Positions 24,982-35,924 of a DNA stretch of 64,000 nt are shown piece by piece; the stretch's first letter is position 1, and each line of letters starts with the position of its first letter. The DNA is from Mobula hypostoma. Lineage: Eukaryota. The translations under genes and the position numbers were made by a program. The notes beneath the pieces are model-generated. The model saw nothing but the letters and a program-made list of their open reading frames with translations. It was not told the DNA's origin and did not search any database. Location: the NCBI RefSeq assembly GCF_963921235.1, contig NC_086100.1, positions 200,200,001 through 200,264,000 of the forward strand. Reading direction: 5' to 3'.

Positions 24982-26216
24982 ATGTGGGCAGAGAGAAGGG
25001 GGTGGGTGGGGAATAGGGAGAGAGTGGAGGGTTCATGGGGAATGAGGAGAGAGATAGGTCGTTGGGGAGTGGGGAGAGAGGTGGGTGGGTGGGGAGTGTG
25101 GAGAGAGAGGAGAGTAGGTGGGGAGTGGGGAGAAAGAGGTGGGTGGATGGTGGGGAGAGAGGAGGGTGGGTCAGGAATGGGGTGGGAGAGGAGGGTATGG
25201 AGAGAGATGGTTGGGTGAGTAGTGAGGAGGTGATAGAAAGGAGTTATAGGCAGATGGTCACACCGGGGCCATGGGAGACAGACAAGTGGGTCACAGTCAG
25301 AAGGGGGAAGGGGAAGAGTCAGGTACTAGAGAGTACCCCTGCGGCTGTACCCTTTGACAATAAGTACTCCTGTTTGGGACAGCCTAACTGGGGGAAGCAA
25401 CAGTGGCCGTACCTCTGGCACAGAGTCCGGCCCTGAGGCTCAGAAGGGTAGGGAAGGGAAGAGAAAGGCAGTAGTGATAGGGGACTCTATAGTTAGGGGG
25501 TCAGACAGGCGATTCTGTGGACGCAGGAAAGAAACTCGGATGGTAGTTTGCCTCCCAGGTGCCAGGGTCTAGGAAGTTTCAGATTGCGTCCAAGATATCC
25601 TGCGGTGGGAGGGAGAACAGCTAGAGGTCGTGGTACATATTGGTACCAAGAACATGGGAACATGGAAGAGGTCCTGAAAACAGACTACAGGGAGTTAGGA
25701 AGGAAGTTGAGAAGCAGGACTTCAAAGGTAGTATTACTGCCTGTGCCATGCGATAGTGAGTATAGGAATAGAGTGAGGTGGAGGATAAATGCGTGGCTGA
25801 GGGATTGGAGCAGGGGGCAGGGATTCAGATTTCGAGATCATTGCGACCTCTTTTGGGGCAGGTGTGACCTGCACAAAAAGGATGGGTTGCACTCGAATCC
25901 CAGGGAGACCAATATCCTACTGGGGAGAGTTTAAACTAGAATTGTTGGGAGGTGTGAACCGAACTGAAGAGACTGGGGAAGAGGAGGTTGGCTCACAAAT
26001 AGAGAAAGCATGTAGACAGTGCAAGAGGGAGCATAGGCAGGGGATAGAGAAGGGACGCACTCAGACCAAAGGTTTGAGATGTGTCTATTTTAACACAAGC
26101 AGTGTTGTGAACAAAGCGGATGAGCTTAGAGCATGGATCAGTATTTGGAGATATGATGTGGTGGCCATTACAGAGACTTGGATGGCTAAGGGACAGGAAT
26201 GGGTACTTCAAGTTCT

Positions 26217-26545
26217 TGGAGATCAAGGCTCAAAGAGTCAATTTTTTCGTCAAAAGGGAGAAATCTTTCTTTTAGTTGAGTTAATTCAGCAACGATGTAG
26301 CTGATTTGAGACTCTAATCTATTTACCCAGGGTGGCTCCTCTGAAGTCTTGGCGCTTTTTTTTTTGCTTACCGTCGCTTGCTTCGGGATTTCTTATGGTG
26401 CTTCTTGTGTTAAGCATAATTATAACTGTCGCTCTACAAGATCGGACTGAATAAAGTTAAAATTTCAAAGTTTGAGTTGGAAAAGGGAGAAGTTAAAGGC
26501 GGACAGAAAGAAACTGTGTCTAAAATGTCCACAGGCCTTCTACCA
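26217..26545 (-). mobile_element. Possible 5' fragment of an L1-like element (5' UTR plus ORF1 N-terminus)
   Basis: Minus strand ATG at 26416-26418 reads MLNTRSTIRNPEASDGKQKK, then after a homopolymer shift EEPPWVNRLESQISYIVAELTQLKERF..KIDSL (coiled-coil-like). Confidence 0.4.
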
Positions 26546-27186
26546 CAATATGCAGATAAGCTTACAAGAGGAGAGCTGTACTTGATTTGGTATTGGGAAA
26601 TGAACCTGGTCAGGTGTCAGGTCTTTCAGTGGGAGTGCATTATGGAGATAGTGATCATATTCTGTCTCCTTTACAGTAGCATTGGAGAGAGATAGGAACA
26701 GACAAGTTAGAAAAGCATTTAATTGGAGTAAGGGGAATTATAAGGTTATCAGGCAGGAAATTGGAAGCTTAAATTGGAAACAGATGTTCTCAGGGAAAAG
26801 TACGGACGAAATATGGCAAATGTTCAGGGGATATTTGTGTGGAGTTCTGTACAGGCACATTCCAATGAGACAGGGAAGTTATGGTAGGGTACAGGAACCG
26901 TGGTGTTCAAAGGCTGTAATAAATCTAGTCAAGAAGAAAAGAAAAGCTTACAAAAGGTTCAGAGAGCTAGGTAATGTCAGAGATCTAGAAGATTATAAGG
27001 CTAATAGGAAGGAGCTTAAGAAGGAAATTAGGAGAGCCAGAAGGGGCCATGAGAAGGCCTTGGCGGGCAGGATTAAGGAAAACACCAAGGCATGTGAAGA
27101 ACAAGAGAATAAGATGTGAAAGAATGGGACCTATCAAGTGTGACAGTGGGAAAGTGTGTATGGAACATGTGTATGAAGTGTGTATA

Positions 27187-27973
27187 GTGGCAAAAATAGG
27201 AAAACAGATTATTATCTGAATGGTGGCCGATTAGGAAAAGGGGAGGTGCAACGAGACCTGGGTGTCATTATACACCAGTCATTGAAAGTGGGCATGCAGG
27301 TACAGCAGGCGGTGAAAAAGGTGAATGGTATGCTGGCATTTATAGCGAGAGGATTCGAGTACAGGAGCAGGGAGGTACTACTGCAGTTGTACAAGGCCTT
27401 GGTGAGACCACACCTGGAGTATTGTGTGCAGTTTTGGTCCCCTAATCTGAGGAAAGACATCTTTGCCATAGAGGGAGTACAAAGAAGGTTCACCAGATTG
27501 ATTCCTGGGATGGCAGGTCTTTCATATGAAGAAAGACTGGATGAACTGGGCTTGTACTCGTTGGAATTTAGAAGATTGAGGGGGGATCTGATTGAAACGT
27601 ATAAGATCCTAAAGGGATTGGACAAGCTAGATGCGGGAAGATTGTTCCCGATGTTGGGGAGGTCCAGAACGAGGGGTCACAGTTTGAGGATAGAGGGGAA
27701 GCCTTTTAGGACCGAGATTAGGAAAAACTTCTTCACACAGAGAGTGGTGAATCTGTGGAATTCTCTGCCACAGCAAACTGTTGAGGCCAGTTCATTGGCT
27801 ATGTTTAAGAGGGAGTTAGATATGGCCCTTGTGGCTACAGGGGTCAGGGGGTATGGAGGGAAGGCTGGGTTCTGAGTTGGATGATCAGCCATGATCATAA
27901 TAAATGGCGGTGCAGGCTCGAAGGGCCGAATGGCCTACTCCTGCACCTATTTTCTATGTTTCTATGTTTCTAT
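27187..27973 (+). mobile_element. 5'-truncated young CR1 (family A)
   Basis: ORF 27180-27875 nearly identical to the C-terminus of 38675-40774; (TTTCTATG)n tail. Confidence 0.93.
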
Positions 27974-28651
27974 GAACCGGAGGAAATAGCAGAGGTATTT
28001 AATGAATACTTTACTTTAGTATTCACAATGAAAAAGGATCGTGGTGATTGTAGTGATGACTTGCAGCAGACTGAAAAGCTTGAGCATGTAGATATTAAGA
28101 AAGAAGATATGCTGGAGCTTTTGGAAAGCATCAAGTTGAAAAGTCGCCGGGACTGGATGAGATGTACCCCAGGCTACTGTGGGAGGCGAGGAAGGAGATT
28201 GCTGAACCTCCAGCAATGATCTTTGCATCATCAATGAGGATGGGAGAAGTTCCGGAGGATTGGAGGGTTGTGAATGTTGTTCCTTTATTCAAGAAAGGGA
28301 GTAGAGATAGCCCAGGAAATTATAGACCAGTGAGTCTTACCTCAGTGGTTGGTAAGTTGATGGAGAAGATCCTGAGAGGCAGGATTTATGAATATTTGGA
28401 GAGGTAAAATATGATTAGGAGTAGCCAGCATGGCTTTGTCAAGGGTAGATTGTGCCTTACGAGCCTGATTGAATTTTTTGAGGATTGATGAAGGAGGAGC
28501 AGTAGATGTAGTGTATATGGGATTTCAGCAAGGCATTTGATAAGGCACTCCATGCAAGGCTTATTGAGAAAGTAAGGAGGCATGGGATCCAATGTGACAT
28601 TGCTTTGTGGATCTAGAACTGGCTTACCCACAGAAGGCAAAAAGTGGTTGT

Positions 28652-28941
28652 TGTCACGTACCCCGTGACGGGGATAAAGAAACCAGCAGAAATAGAAACC
28701 ACTTTGGAGTCTCATATTGCTACAAACTACTAATATTTATTAGTAACTATGCAATACATTAATATCAATGTAAATAAATCACACAGGTTAGCAATGAATA
28801 TATATAAAAGTACGTAAATCAGTAAGTGTGGAATGTATGTATGATAACCAAGCTTCTTTAAGTCTAGGGGTAAAAAGATACAGTCTTACGATGTTGAGTA
28901 AAGTTCAGTTCAGTTCAGTTCGTGGTATTTAGTTGAGTAGT

Positions 28942-28974
<33 letters not shown>

Positions 28975-29625
28975 AGTTGAGTGTTCAGGTGAGCTGATGC
29001 CGTGATCTTCTCGTCGTCCTCCGAAATCCTTTACAAGTCACCGACTGTGACTTGAACCAGGGGGACCGGTTTCCTGTGGTGGAGCTATCACCCAGGCGAG
29101 GGTGGACACATAGACAACTCCCCACCAGTCAACCCCTTTTCCTACGTTGGAATAGCAATTTGGATCAATCCGCCTGATTGATCCTCCAAAACCCACTTTT
29201 CCTGCCGGCACAACAATGCTCATTCAGTGTCCAGATCATGTGTCCAAGGTCTGTATCATCTGACCTCCCATTTATTTCACCAGGCTGAGCATCAACTGTC
29301 ATTCAAAGAGTCCCTCCCTCCTTTGTTTGTAAAGGAATGCACAAGCAGGCAACCTGTCCTTGGAAGGAACATCGACAACCAGCTGAAAATCATAACATCG
29401 AGTGTCCACCACCTTCAGTCACCATAGCAACCTTCGAGCTGCTCGGTGCTGTCTCCAACTCCAAACTCAGTAAAAATCCAAAGTTACTTCCAATGCCTTA
29501 AAGTGACAGTCCAACCGTTAATCTTTGTATCTCTCTCTCTCCTTTCCAAACAAGCCATCAATGATGAATGTCTCTCTCTGTATCTCTTCAAACAGTTAAT
29601 AGGGGCACACCTGGATCCCCTCACA
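28652..29625 (-). mobile_element. Solo LTR (974 bp) of a Gypsy/Gmr1-like family
   Basis: TGT...ACA ends; 4-bp TSD TTGT (28648-28651, 29626-29629); removal restores CR1 RQKVVVDRSYSAW; minus-strand end ATTTCTGCTGGTTT..CGGGGTACGTGACA resembles the LTR end at 51930-51969. Confidence 0.9.
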
Positions 29626-30637
29626 TTGTAGACAGGTCATATTCTGCATGGAGGTTGGTCACCAGTGGGATGCCTCAGGGATCTGTTCTGGGACCCTTAC
29701 TCTTCGTGCTGTTTATAAGTGACCTGGATGAGGAAGTGGAGGGATGGGTTAGTAAGTTTGCTGATGACACAAAGGTTGGAGGTGTTGTGGATAGTGTGGA
29801 GGGCTGTCAGAGGTTACAGCGGGAAACTGATAGGATGCAAAACTGGGCTGAGAAGTGGCAGAAGGAGTTCAACCTAGATAAGTGTGAAGTGGTTAATTTT
29901 GGTAGGTCAAATATGATGGTAGAATATAGTATTAATGTTAAGATTCTTGGCAGTGTGGAGGATCAGAGGGATCTTTGGGTCCGAGTCCATAGGACGCTGA
30001 AAGCAGCTGCACAGGTTGACTCTGTGGTTAAGTAGGCATACGGTGTATTGGCCTTCATCAATCGTGGGATTGAATTTAGAAGCCGAGAGGTAATGTTACT
30101 GCTATATAGGACCCTGGTCAGACCCCACTTGGAGTACTGTGCTCAGTTCTGGTTGCCTCACTACAGGAAGGATGTGGAAGCCATAGAAAGGGTGCAAAGG
30201 AGATTTACAAGGATGTTGCCTGGATTGGAGAGCATGTCTTATGAGAATAGGTTGAGTGAACTCGGCCTTTTCTCCTTGGAGCGACGGAGGATGAGAGGTG
30301 ACCTGATAGAGGTGTATAAGATGATGAGAGGCATTGATCATGTGGATAATCAGAGGCTTTTTCCCAGGGCTGAAATGGTTGCCACAAGAAGACACATGTT
30401 TAAGTGCAGGGGAGTAGGTACAGAGGAGATGTCAGGGGTAAGTTTTTTACTCAGAGAGTGGTGAGTGCGTGGAATGGGCTGCCGGCAACGGTGGTGGATT
30501 TGAATATGACTTTTAAGAGACTTTTAGATAAGTACATGGAGCTTAGTAAAATAGAGGGCTATAGGTAAGGACATGTTCAGTCCAACTTTGTGGGCCGAAG
30601 GGCCTGTATTGTGCTGCAGATTTTCTATGTTTCTATG

Positions 30638-31700
30638 AGTGTGAAGTGTGGACAGAGAGGTGGGTGGGTGGGGTGGGGGGGGGAGAGAGATGTGCATAGA
30701 GAGAGAGAGGTGTGTGGGTGAGGAGTGGGGAGAGACAGGTTGGTGGGTGGGAAGAGGGGAGAGGGATGGGTGCGTAGTGAGGAGAGAGAGGTGGTAGGGA
30801 GAGAGAGGTGGGTGGGCGGGTAGTGTGGAAAACAGGTAGGGAGTGGGGTGAAAGCTGGGTGAGTGGGGAGAGATGAATAGATGGTTAGGAATTGGGAAAA
30901 GAGAAGTAGGTGAGGAGTGGGGAGAGGTGGGTGGGTGGAGGGTTAGGAGTGATTTAAAAGTCTATAGGATTTGGACTGAACTGGGATCAGTACGGACAGG
31001 CAGTTACCGGTCAGCACAAATATTTTGGGCCTGTTTGATTACCTACAAACGGTCACATGATTTCTTTAAAAAGGAAAGTTTGGAACTAAAAGCTCTGAAA
31101 CTCTCTGTAAACCAGGGTACAGCAGTATTAGCAGAGGTCACACTGAGAGTCTAAATTGGGCAGAGAGAAGTGGGTGGGTGGGGTGTGGGGAGAGAGAAGG
31201 GTCCATGGGGAATGGGGGAGAGATGAATGGGTATGGAGTGGGGAGAGAGAGAGGTGGGTGAGTGGGGGTGGGATGAAAAAGGTGGGTGAGTGGGGATTGG
31301 GGAGAGAGAGAGGAGGGTGGTTGAGAGAGGTGGGGGAGATTGGGGAGACAACAGTGGGTGGGTGGGGAGTGGTCAGGTGTGTGGCGTGGTGGGAGAGATT
31401 TTGGTGGGTGGGGATTGGGGAGGGAGATGTGGGTGGTGGGGAGTGGGGAGACACAGGAGGGTGGGTGGGGAGTGGGTAGAGAGCCGTGTTTCGATGGTGA
31501 TTTGGGAGAGAGGGGTGAGTGAATGGGATGGGGAGTGGAGAGAGAGAGGTGGGTGGGGTGTGGAGAGGAGGGTGGGAAATAGGGGAGAGAGGTGGTTGGG
31601 AAGTGGGGGGAGAGAGAGGGGTGGATGGGGAGTAGAGTGTGGGTGGGTGTTGATTCACATGAAAGAGGTGGGTGGGTGCAGAGAGGGAAGTCAGAGATAT
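30638..31700 (+). repeat. Two G-rich arrays (30638-30950, 31155-31700) separated by a truncated cassette copy (30980-31152)
   Basis: Same array-cassette-array arrangement as 23773-25225. Confidence 0.85.
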
Positions 31701-31721
31701 CCAGAGGAGGGTTGCTGTTAA

Positions 31722-32100
31722 ATGGGATCAGTACGGACAGGTAGTTACTGGTCAGCACGAATATGTTGGGCTGAAGGTCTGTTTGACTCTGTACAAACAG
31801 TCACATGATTTCTCTGAAAAGCAAAGGATGTGGCGTGAGTGGGTTTGAAAGTGAAAGCTCTGAATCTCTCTATAAAACCAGGGTACAGTAACAGAGGTCA
31901 CACTGAGAGTCTGAAGCAGTCAGTCACTGGCCAGGTCACTGACAGAAACAGCTGGTTCATCGCTCACTCTGCCTTTTGCTGTTTTACAGTTTGGTTTAGA
32001 CTGATTCACTGTTGTCTCTGGAATTCAGTTCATCCACTTTCCACATGTTATTTCTGACAGAGTGTGATCAGTGAGACAGTGTGATTGGAATCACAGATAC
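31722..32100 (+). promoter_or_regulatory. Most complete cassette: E-box 31802, GAS 31810-31818, IRF-E 31847-31858, TATA 31871, Inr 31898-31904, possible 71-nt intron 31919-31989
   Basis: GTCACATGATTTCTCTGAAA...GAAAGTGAAAGC...TATAAAA...TCACACT (A 29 nt after the TATA start)...GTCAGT...CTCAC..CCTTTTGCTGTTTTACAG. Confidence 0.55.
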
Positions 32101-32129
32101 AGGAGGAAGCTTCTACTGACTTAGGAGCA

Positions 32130-33420
32130 GTTATCTTCTCCCTCCTGTCCACCTTTCCCTTCTGCTTTTAAACCCAGCAGACTGTCCCTGTGTCACGGCA
32201 TCCCCATGCTGAGGGATATTCCCCAACAGCTGCTCAAGTGTGGCTGCATCTCCTGTAGAACCATCTTCAGACAGACTCAAAAAGATCTCCTGGACACAGT
32301 TTATCAGTTCATTCCCCTGTAGAGCTTTCATACTGAGGCTGAAGCTCCAAGTTCCTGAACCCTAGTACTCTTTCATCTCTGTGAATCTCCATATTGACTT
32401 CTCCATCTCCCACTGACTGTTGTGATCTCTGTCATATACTCCAACCAAAGTGATCACCCTTTTCTAATTTGGAACCTTTGCCTCACTAGAAGAAACTCTG
32501 GGGCAATCTCCCTCCTTTCTGCAGTGCTGGTCTCATTCATCAATACCCTACTTATACATACCTCCCCATCACTCCTGAAGTGTCTGTATCCCAGCAAAGT
32601 CCTGCTCTTGTCCCATTTCTGTGACTGCAACAATATCATGTTCCCAATGCTGACCAATGCGCTAAGTTCATCTGCCCGACCAATCAGTCTCTTTGCATTT
32701 ACTCAGAGCATTTTAGCCCTGCAGTCCGCCCCGAGCTTTATTAAACCAGCTCTGATCTGTCCACTAGAGTGACCTCGTTTTCTTTCTATATTTGACAGTA
32801 TCATCTCCCCTCCTGGTTATAGTCTCTGTGTGCCCCCACCCTGTCAGATAAGCTTAAACCCACTCCAACAGCACCAGCAAACTCCCTGTAGGGATATTGT
32901 CTCCATCCTGGATTGGGCACAAACCACTCAGCTTGTAAAGGTCCCACATTGCTCCAAAACATTCTCAGTAAAGCCGATAGTCAGAGGCTTTTTCCCAGGG
33001 CTGAAATGGCTGCCAAAAGAGAGCACAGGTTTAAGGTGCTTGGAAGCAGGTACAGAGGAGATATCAGGGGTAAGTTTTTTATGCAGAGAGTGGTGAGCGC
33101 GTAGAATGGTCTGCCCGCAGCGCTGCTGGAGGTGGAAATAACAGGATCTTTTAAGAGACCCCTGGATGGCTACATGGAGCTTAGGAAAATAGAGGGCTAT
33201 GGGTAGAACCTAGGTAGTTCTAAGGTAGGGACATGTTCGGCACAGCTTTGTGGGCCAAAGGGTTTGTATTGTGCTGTATATTTCTATGTTTCTAAATCTA
33301 AACCCCTCTCTCCTATACCGTCACGCAGCTGTGTTCATCTGACCTATCCTCCTGTTCTCTGACACTCAGGAGTGTGTGGCACTGAAAGTAATGGAATGAA
33401 ACTACCGGCAAGATTCTTTG
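32130..33420 (-). repeat. Duplicated block (degraded minus-strand CR1 EN/ORF1 with a plus-strand CR1 3' insertion at about 32975-33293); direct copy at 41950-43290, partial inverted copy at 2820-3310
   Basis: ORF translations at 32422-32772 and 42278-42628 are identical; insertion junctions are shared. Confidence 0.9.
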
Positions 33421-33450
33421 TCGATAAACACTGCCTGTTACAATGTAACA

Positions 33451-33626
33451 TCCCTGCCTTTATCTTTATTTCAGTGAACAACCCACCCTTGCTGCTCACC
33501 AATCAGCTGTTTCCACTGACACACATCACTTCCTGAATGGTGACATCACCTCCAGCTCTTCCAATGGTCTCGACAAGGTAGGTGGGCTCTAAATATGCAA
33601 TGGTCTGTCCCACGTCTCTCCCCCAG
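33451..33626 (+). promoter_or_regulatory. 176-bp non-TE motif block, copy 2
   Basis: CACCC, CCAATCAG, ACTTCCTG, TGACATCA, CCAAT, TAAATATGCA; 175/176 identical to the reverse complement of 2642-2817. Confidence 0.4.
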
Positions 33627-33990
33627 GTCCTCCTCACTCACCTCTGCTGCCTTCTTAATTCCCCAAATCTGCACAGCATCATATTGTTATAGAGCCTCCG
33701 GACCAACTTGTCCATCCCAAACAAGATTCCCATCTGAGCCTGTCCTATATCCCTGCATTTTGCCTGGAGGTTAATAGGGTCTGGTTTATTTTATTTATTC
33801 AGTAAGATATACAGCACAGAAGGGGCCCTTCCAGCTGCGTGCCCCAGCAATCCCTGGCAACCCTTGATTTATCCCCAACCTAATCACAGGACAATATACG
33901 ATGACCAGCTAACCTACCTGGTGCATCTTTGGACTGTGGGAGGACCTGGAAAAACCCACATATTCCACATGATGGGCATACAGAGAGTCC

Positions 33991-34262
33991 ATAAGACCAT
34001 AGGACCATAAGATATAGGAGAAGAACTAGGCCATTTGCCAATGGAGTCTGCTCCACCGTTTCAAGATGGCTGATTCAATTTTCCTTTTAGCCCCAATCTC
34101 CTGCCTTTTCTGTATATCCCTTCATGCCCTGAACAATCAAGAATCTATTAACCTCTGCCTTAAATATACAAAAAATATGGCTTTCACAGCTGCCTGTGGC
34201 ATAGAATACCACAGATTCACCATTCTCTGGCGAAAGAAATTCCTCCTCATCTCTGTTCTAAA
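33991..34262 (-). mobile_element. CR1 3' fragment
   Basis: (CATAAGAC)n tail and FRTEMRRNFFRQRMVNLW on the minus strand. Confidence 0.8.
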
Positions 34263-34297
34263 AAATGGGAGACATTTAGTGAGGTGGTCACAGTGCA

Positions 34298-34314
34298 GAG
34301 AGAGAGAGAGAGAG

Positions 34315-34347
<33 letters not shown>

Positions 34348-34480
34348 GAGAGAGAGAGAGACAGAGTCAGAGAGACAGAGAGAGACAGACACAGAGAGAC
34401 AGACAGACCAACAGAGAGAGAGAGAGACAGAGAGAGACACATACACACAGACAGAAAGAGTGAGACAGAGAGAGACACAC

Positions 34481-34514
<34 letters not shown>
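34298..34514 (+). repeat. (GA)n/(GACA)n microsatellite
   Basis: Seen directly. Confidence 0.95.
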
Positions 34515-34518
<4 letters not shown>

Positions 34519-35830
34519 GTGGGTGGCCAGCAGGAGAAGTGGACAGCCTGGTAGTGTGGGGGTGTTCTGGGGTCAGTCCCCTCTCACGTGGTTACTTTAG
34601 GGGGTGGGGGGTGATGATCACCTGGAGACGAAAGGTTGAGAGAGACGAATGTGTGAAACAGAGGGTAGAGGGTGGAGGCGTGAGGGGAGGGGAGGGTGTT
34701 GATAAAATGAGATCAGTACAGACAGGTACTACCTGATCAGCATGAACAGGACAGGCTGAAGGGGAATTTGACTCGATACACCCACATGATTTCTTTGAAA
34801 AGCAAAGTTTGTTTACAGTTCAAGTTCACCTGATTCAATCTGTCTCTGGAATTCAGCGTGTTCACATTCTCAACATTATTTCTGACAGCATGTTGATCAG
34901 AGTCACAGACACCTCTGGAGGGAGAGAGGGAGGGAGGGAGGGAGAGGGAGAGGGAAGGATTTCAGTTTGTCCACATTCTCGACATTGATCAGAGCCAGAG
35001 ACACTTCTGGAGGAAGAGAGGGAAAAAATGAAAGTAAGAAAGGATGGAGATTGGTGACCAAGAAGAGCAGTAGTCAGATATCATATGAGGGTCCTGGGGT
35101 CAGTCCCCTCTCACACGGGTACATCGTAAATGTTGGTGGGGGTGGGTTACTGGTGTAATCGTCACCCAGATGAGAGAGGTAGCAGCAGTCTAGTGTGTAA
35201 ACCAGGATACGGGAGAGAGAGAGATGGGTGGGTGATCACCAGGAGAGGTGGACAGTCTGGTAGTGTAGGAGTGTCCTGGGGTCAATCTTCTCTCACACGG
35301 GTACATTGTCTTTGTTACTTTAGGTGTGGGGAGAGGTGAGATGTAACCAGAGACAATTGAGTGAAATACAAATGATAGAGATGGTAATAGATGCGTAGTG
35401 GTGGAATCGAGGATGAGGAGAGAGGTGTTTAGAGTTGGACTGGGAGGGATTTGGTAACTGGGATCATGATGGATCAGTATGGATATGATGAGCTGAAGGG
35501 CTGTTTGACTCGATACAGTCATGTGATTTCTCTGATAAGCAAAGGATGTGGTCTGGGTGGGTTTGAAAGTGAAAGCTCTGAATCTCTCTATAAAACCAGG
35601 GTACGGTACCAGCAGAGATCACACTGAGAGTCTGAAGCAGTCAGTCACTGGCCGGGTCACTGACAGAAACAGCTGGTTCATCACTCACTCTGCCTTTTGC
35701 TGTTTTACAGTTTGGTTTAGACTGATTCACTGTTGTCTCTGGAATTCAGTTCACCCTCCTACCAAATATTATTTCTGACAGAGGGTGATCGGTGAGACAG
35801 TGTGATCGGAGACACGGACACAACTCTGGA
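34515..35830 (+). repeat. Higher-order duplicated unit (CR1-ORF1 scraps, short cassette 34708-34920, full cassette 35455-35830)
   Basis: Same order of segments at 37670-38196 + 40874-41920 and at 57235-57270 + 58350-59820; IRF-E at 35565, TATA at 35589. Confidence 0.85.
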
Positions 35831-35924
35831 CAGAGGAAGTGAGAGAGAAAGAGAGATAGAGGTAAGTTTGAGAGACAGCAGGGAGACTGGTAATCCACAC
35901 GGGAATGATGAGAATGAGGTATAA

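Larger units (their letters stand above)
25226..30637 (+). mobile_element. CR1 LINE (family C), ORF1 C-half through ORF2 and tail, with three nested insertions
   Basis: AVVIGDSIVRG, VVCLPGARV, DGLH (SGNH esterase ORF1); AITETW; GNYRPVSLTSVVGK; PQGSVLGP, FADD; TTTCTATG tail at about 30622-30637. Confidence 0.9.

Noticed and set aside
13925..31700. G-rich arrays as immunoglobulin switch regions
   Set aside because: They lack AGCT/WGCW density and there are no constant-region exons in the window.
23773..31758. Many G/W/R/E-rich or P/H/S-rich ORFs in the G-rich arrays (also 34066-34554 and 58773-59268)
   Set aside because: Low-complexity artefacts that are open in several frames because the repeats lack stop codons.
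31800..31915. Cassette as a C/D-box snoRNA or miRNA cluster
   Set aside because: No proper RTGATGA C box with terminal stem and no long hairpin; the motifs fit a Pol II promoter better.
33578..33626. GTAGGT...CCCCCAG as an intron inside the 176-bp block
   Set aside because: Only 49 nt, shorter than typical vertebrate introns, and no flanking ORF.
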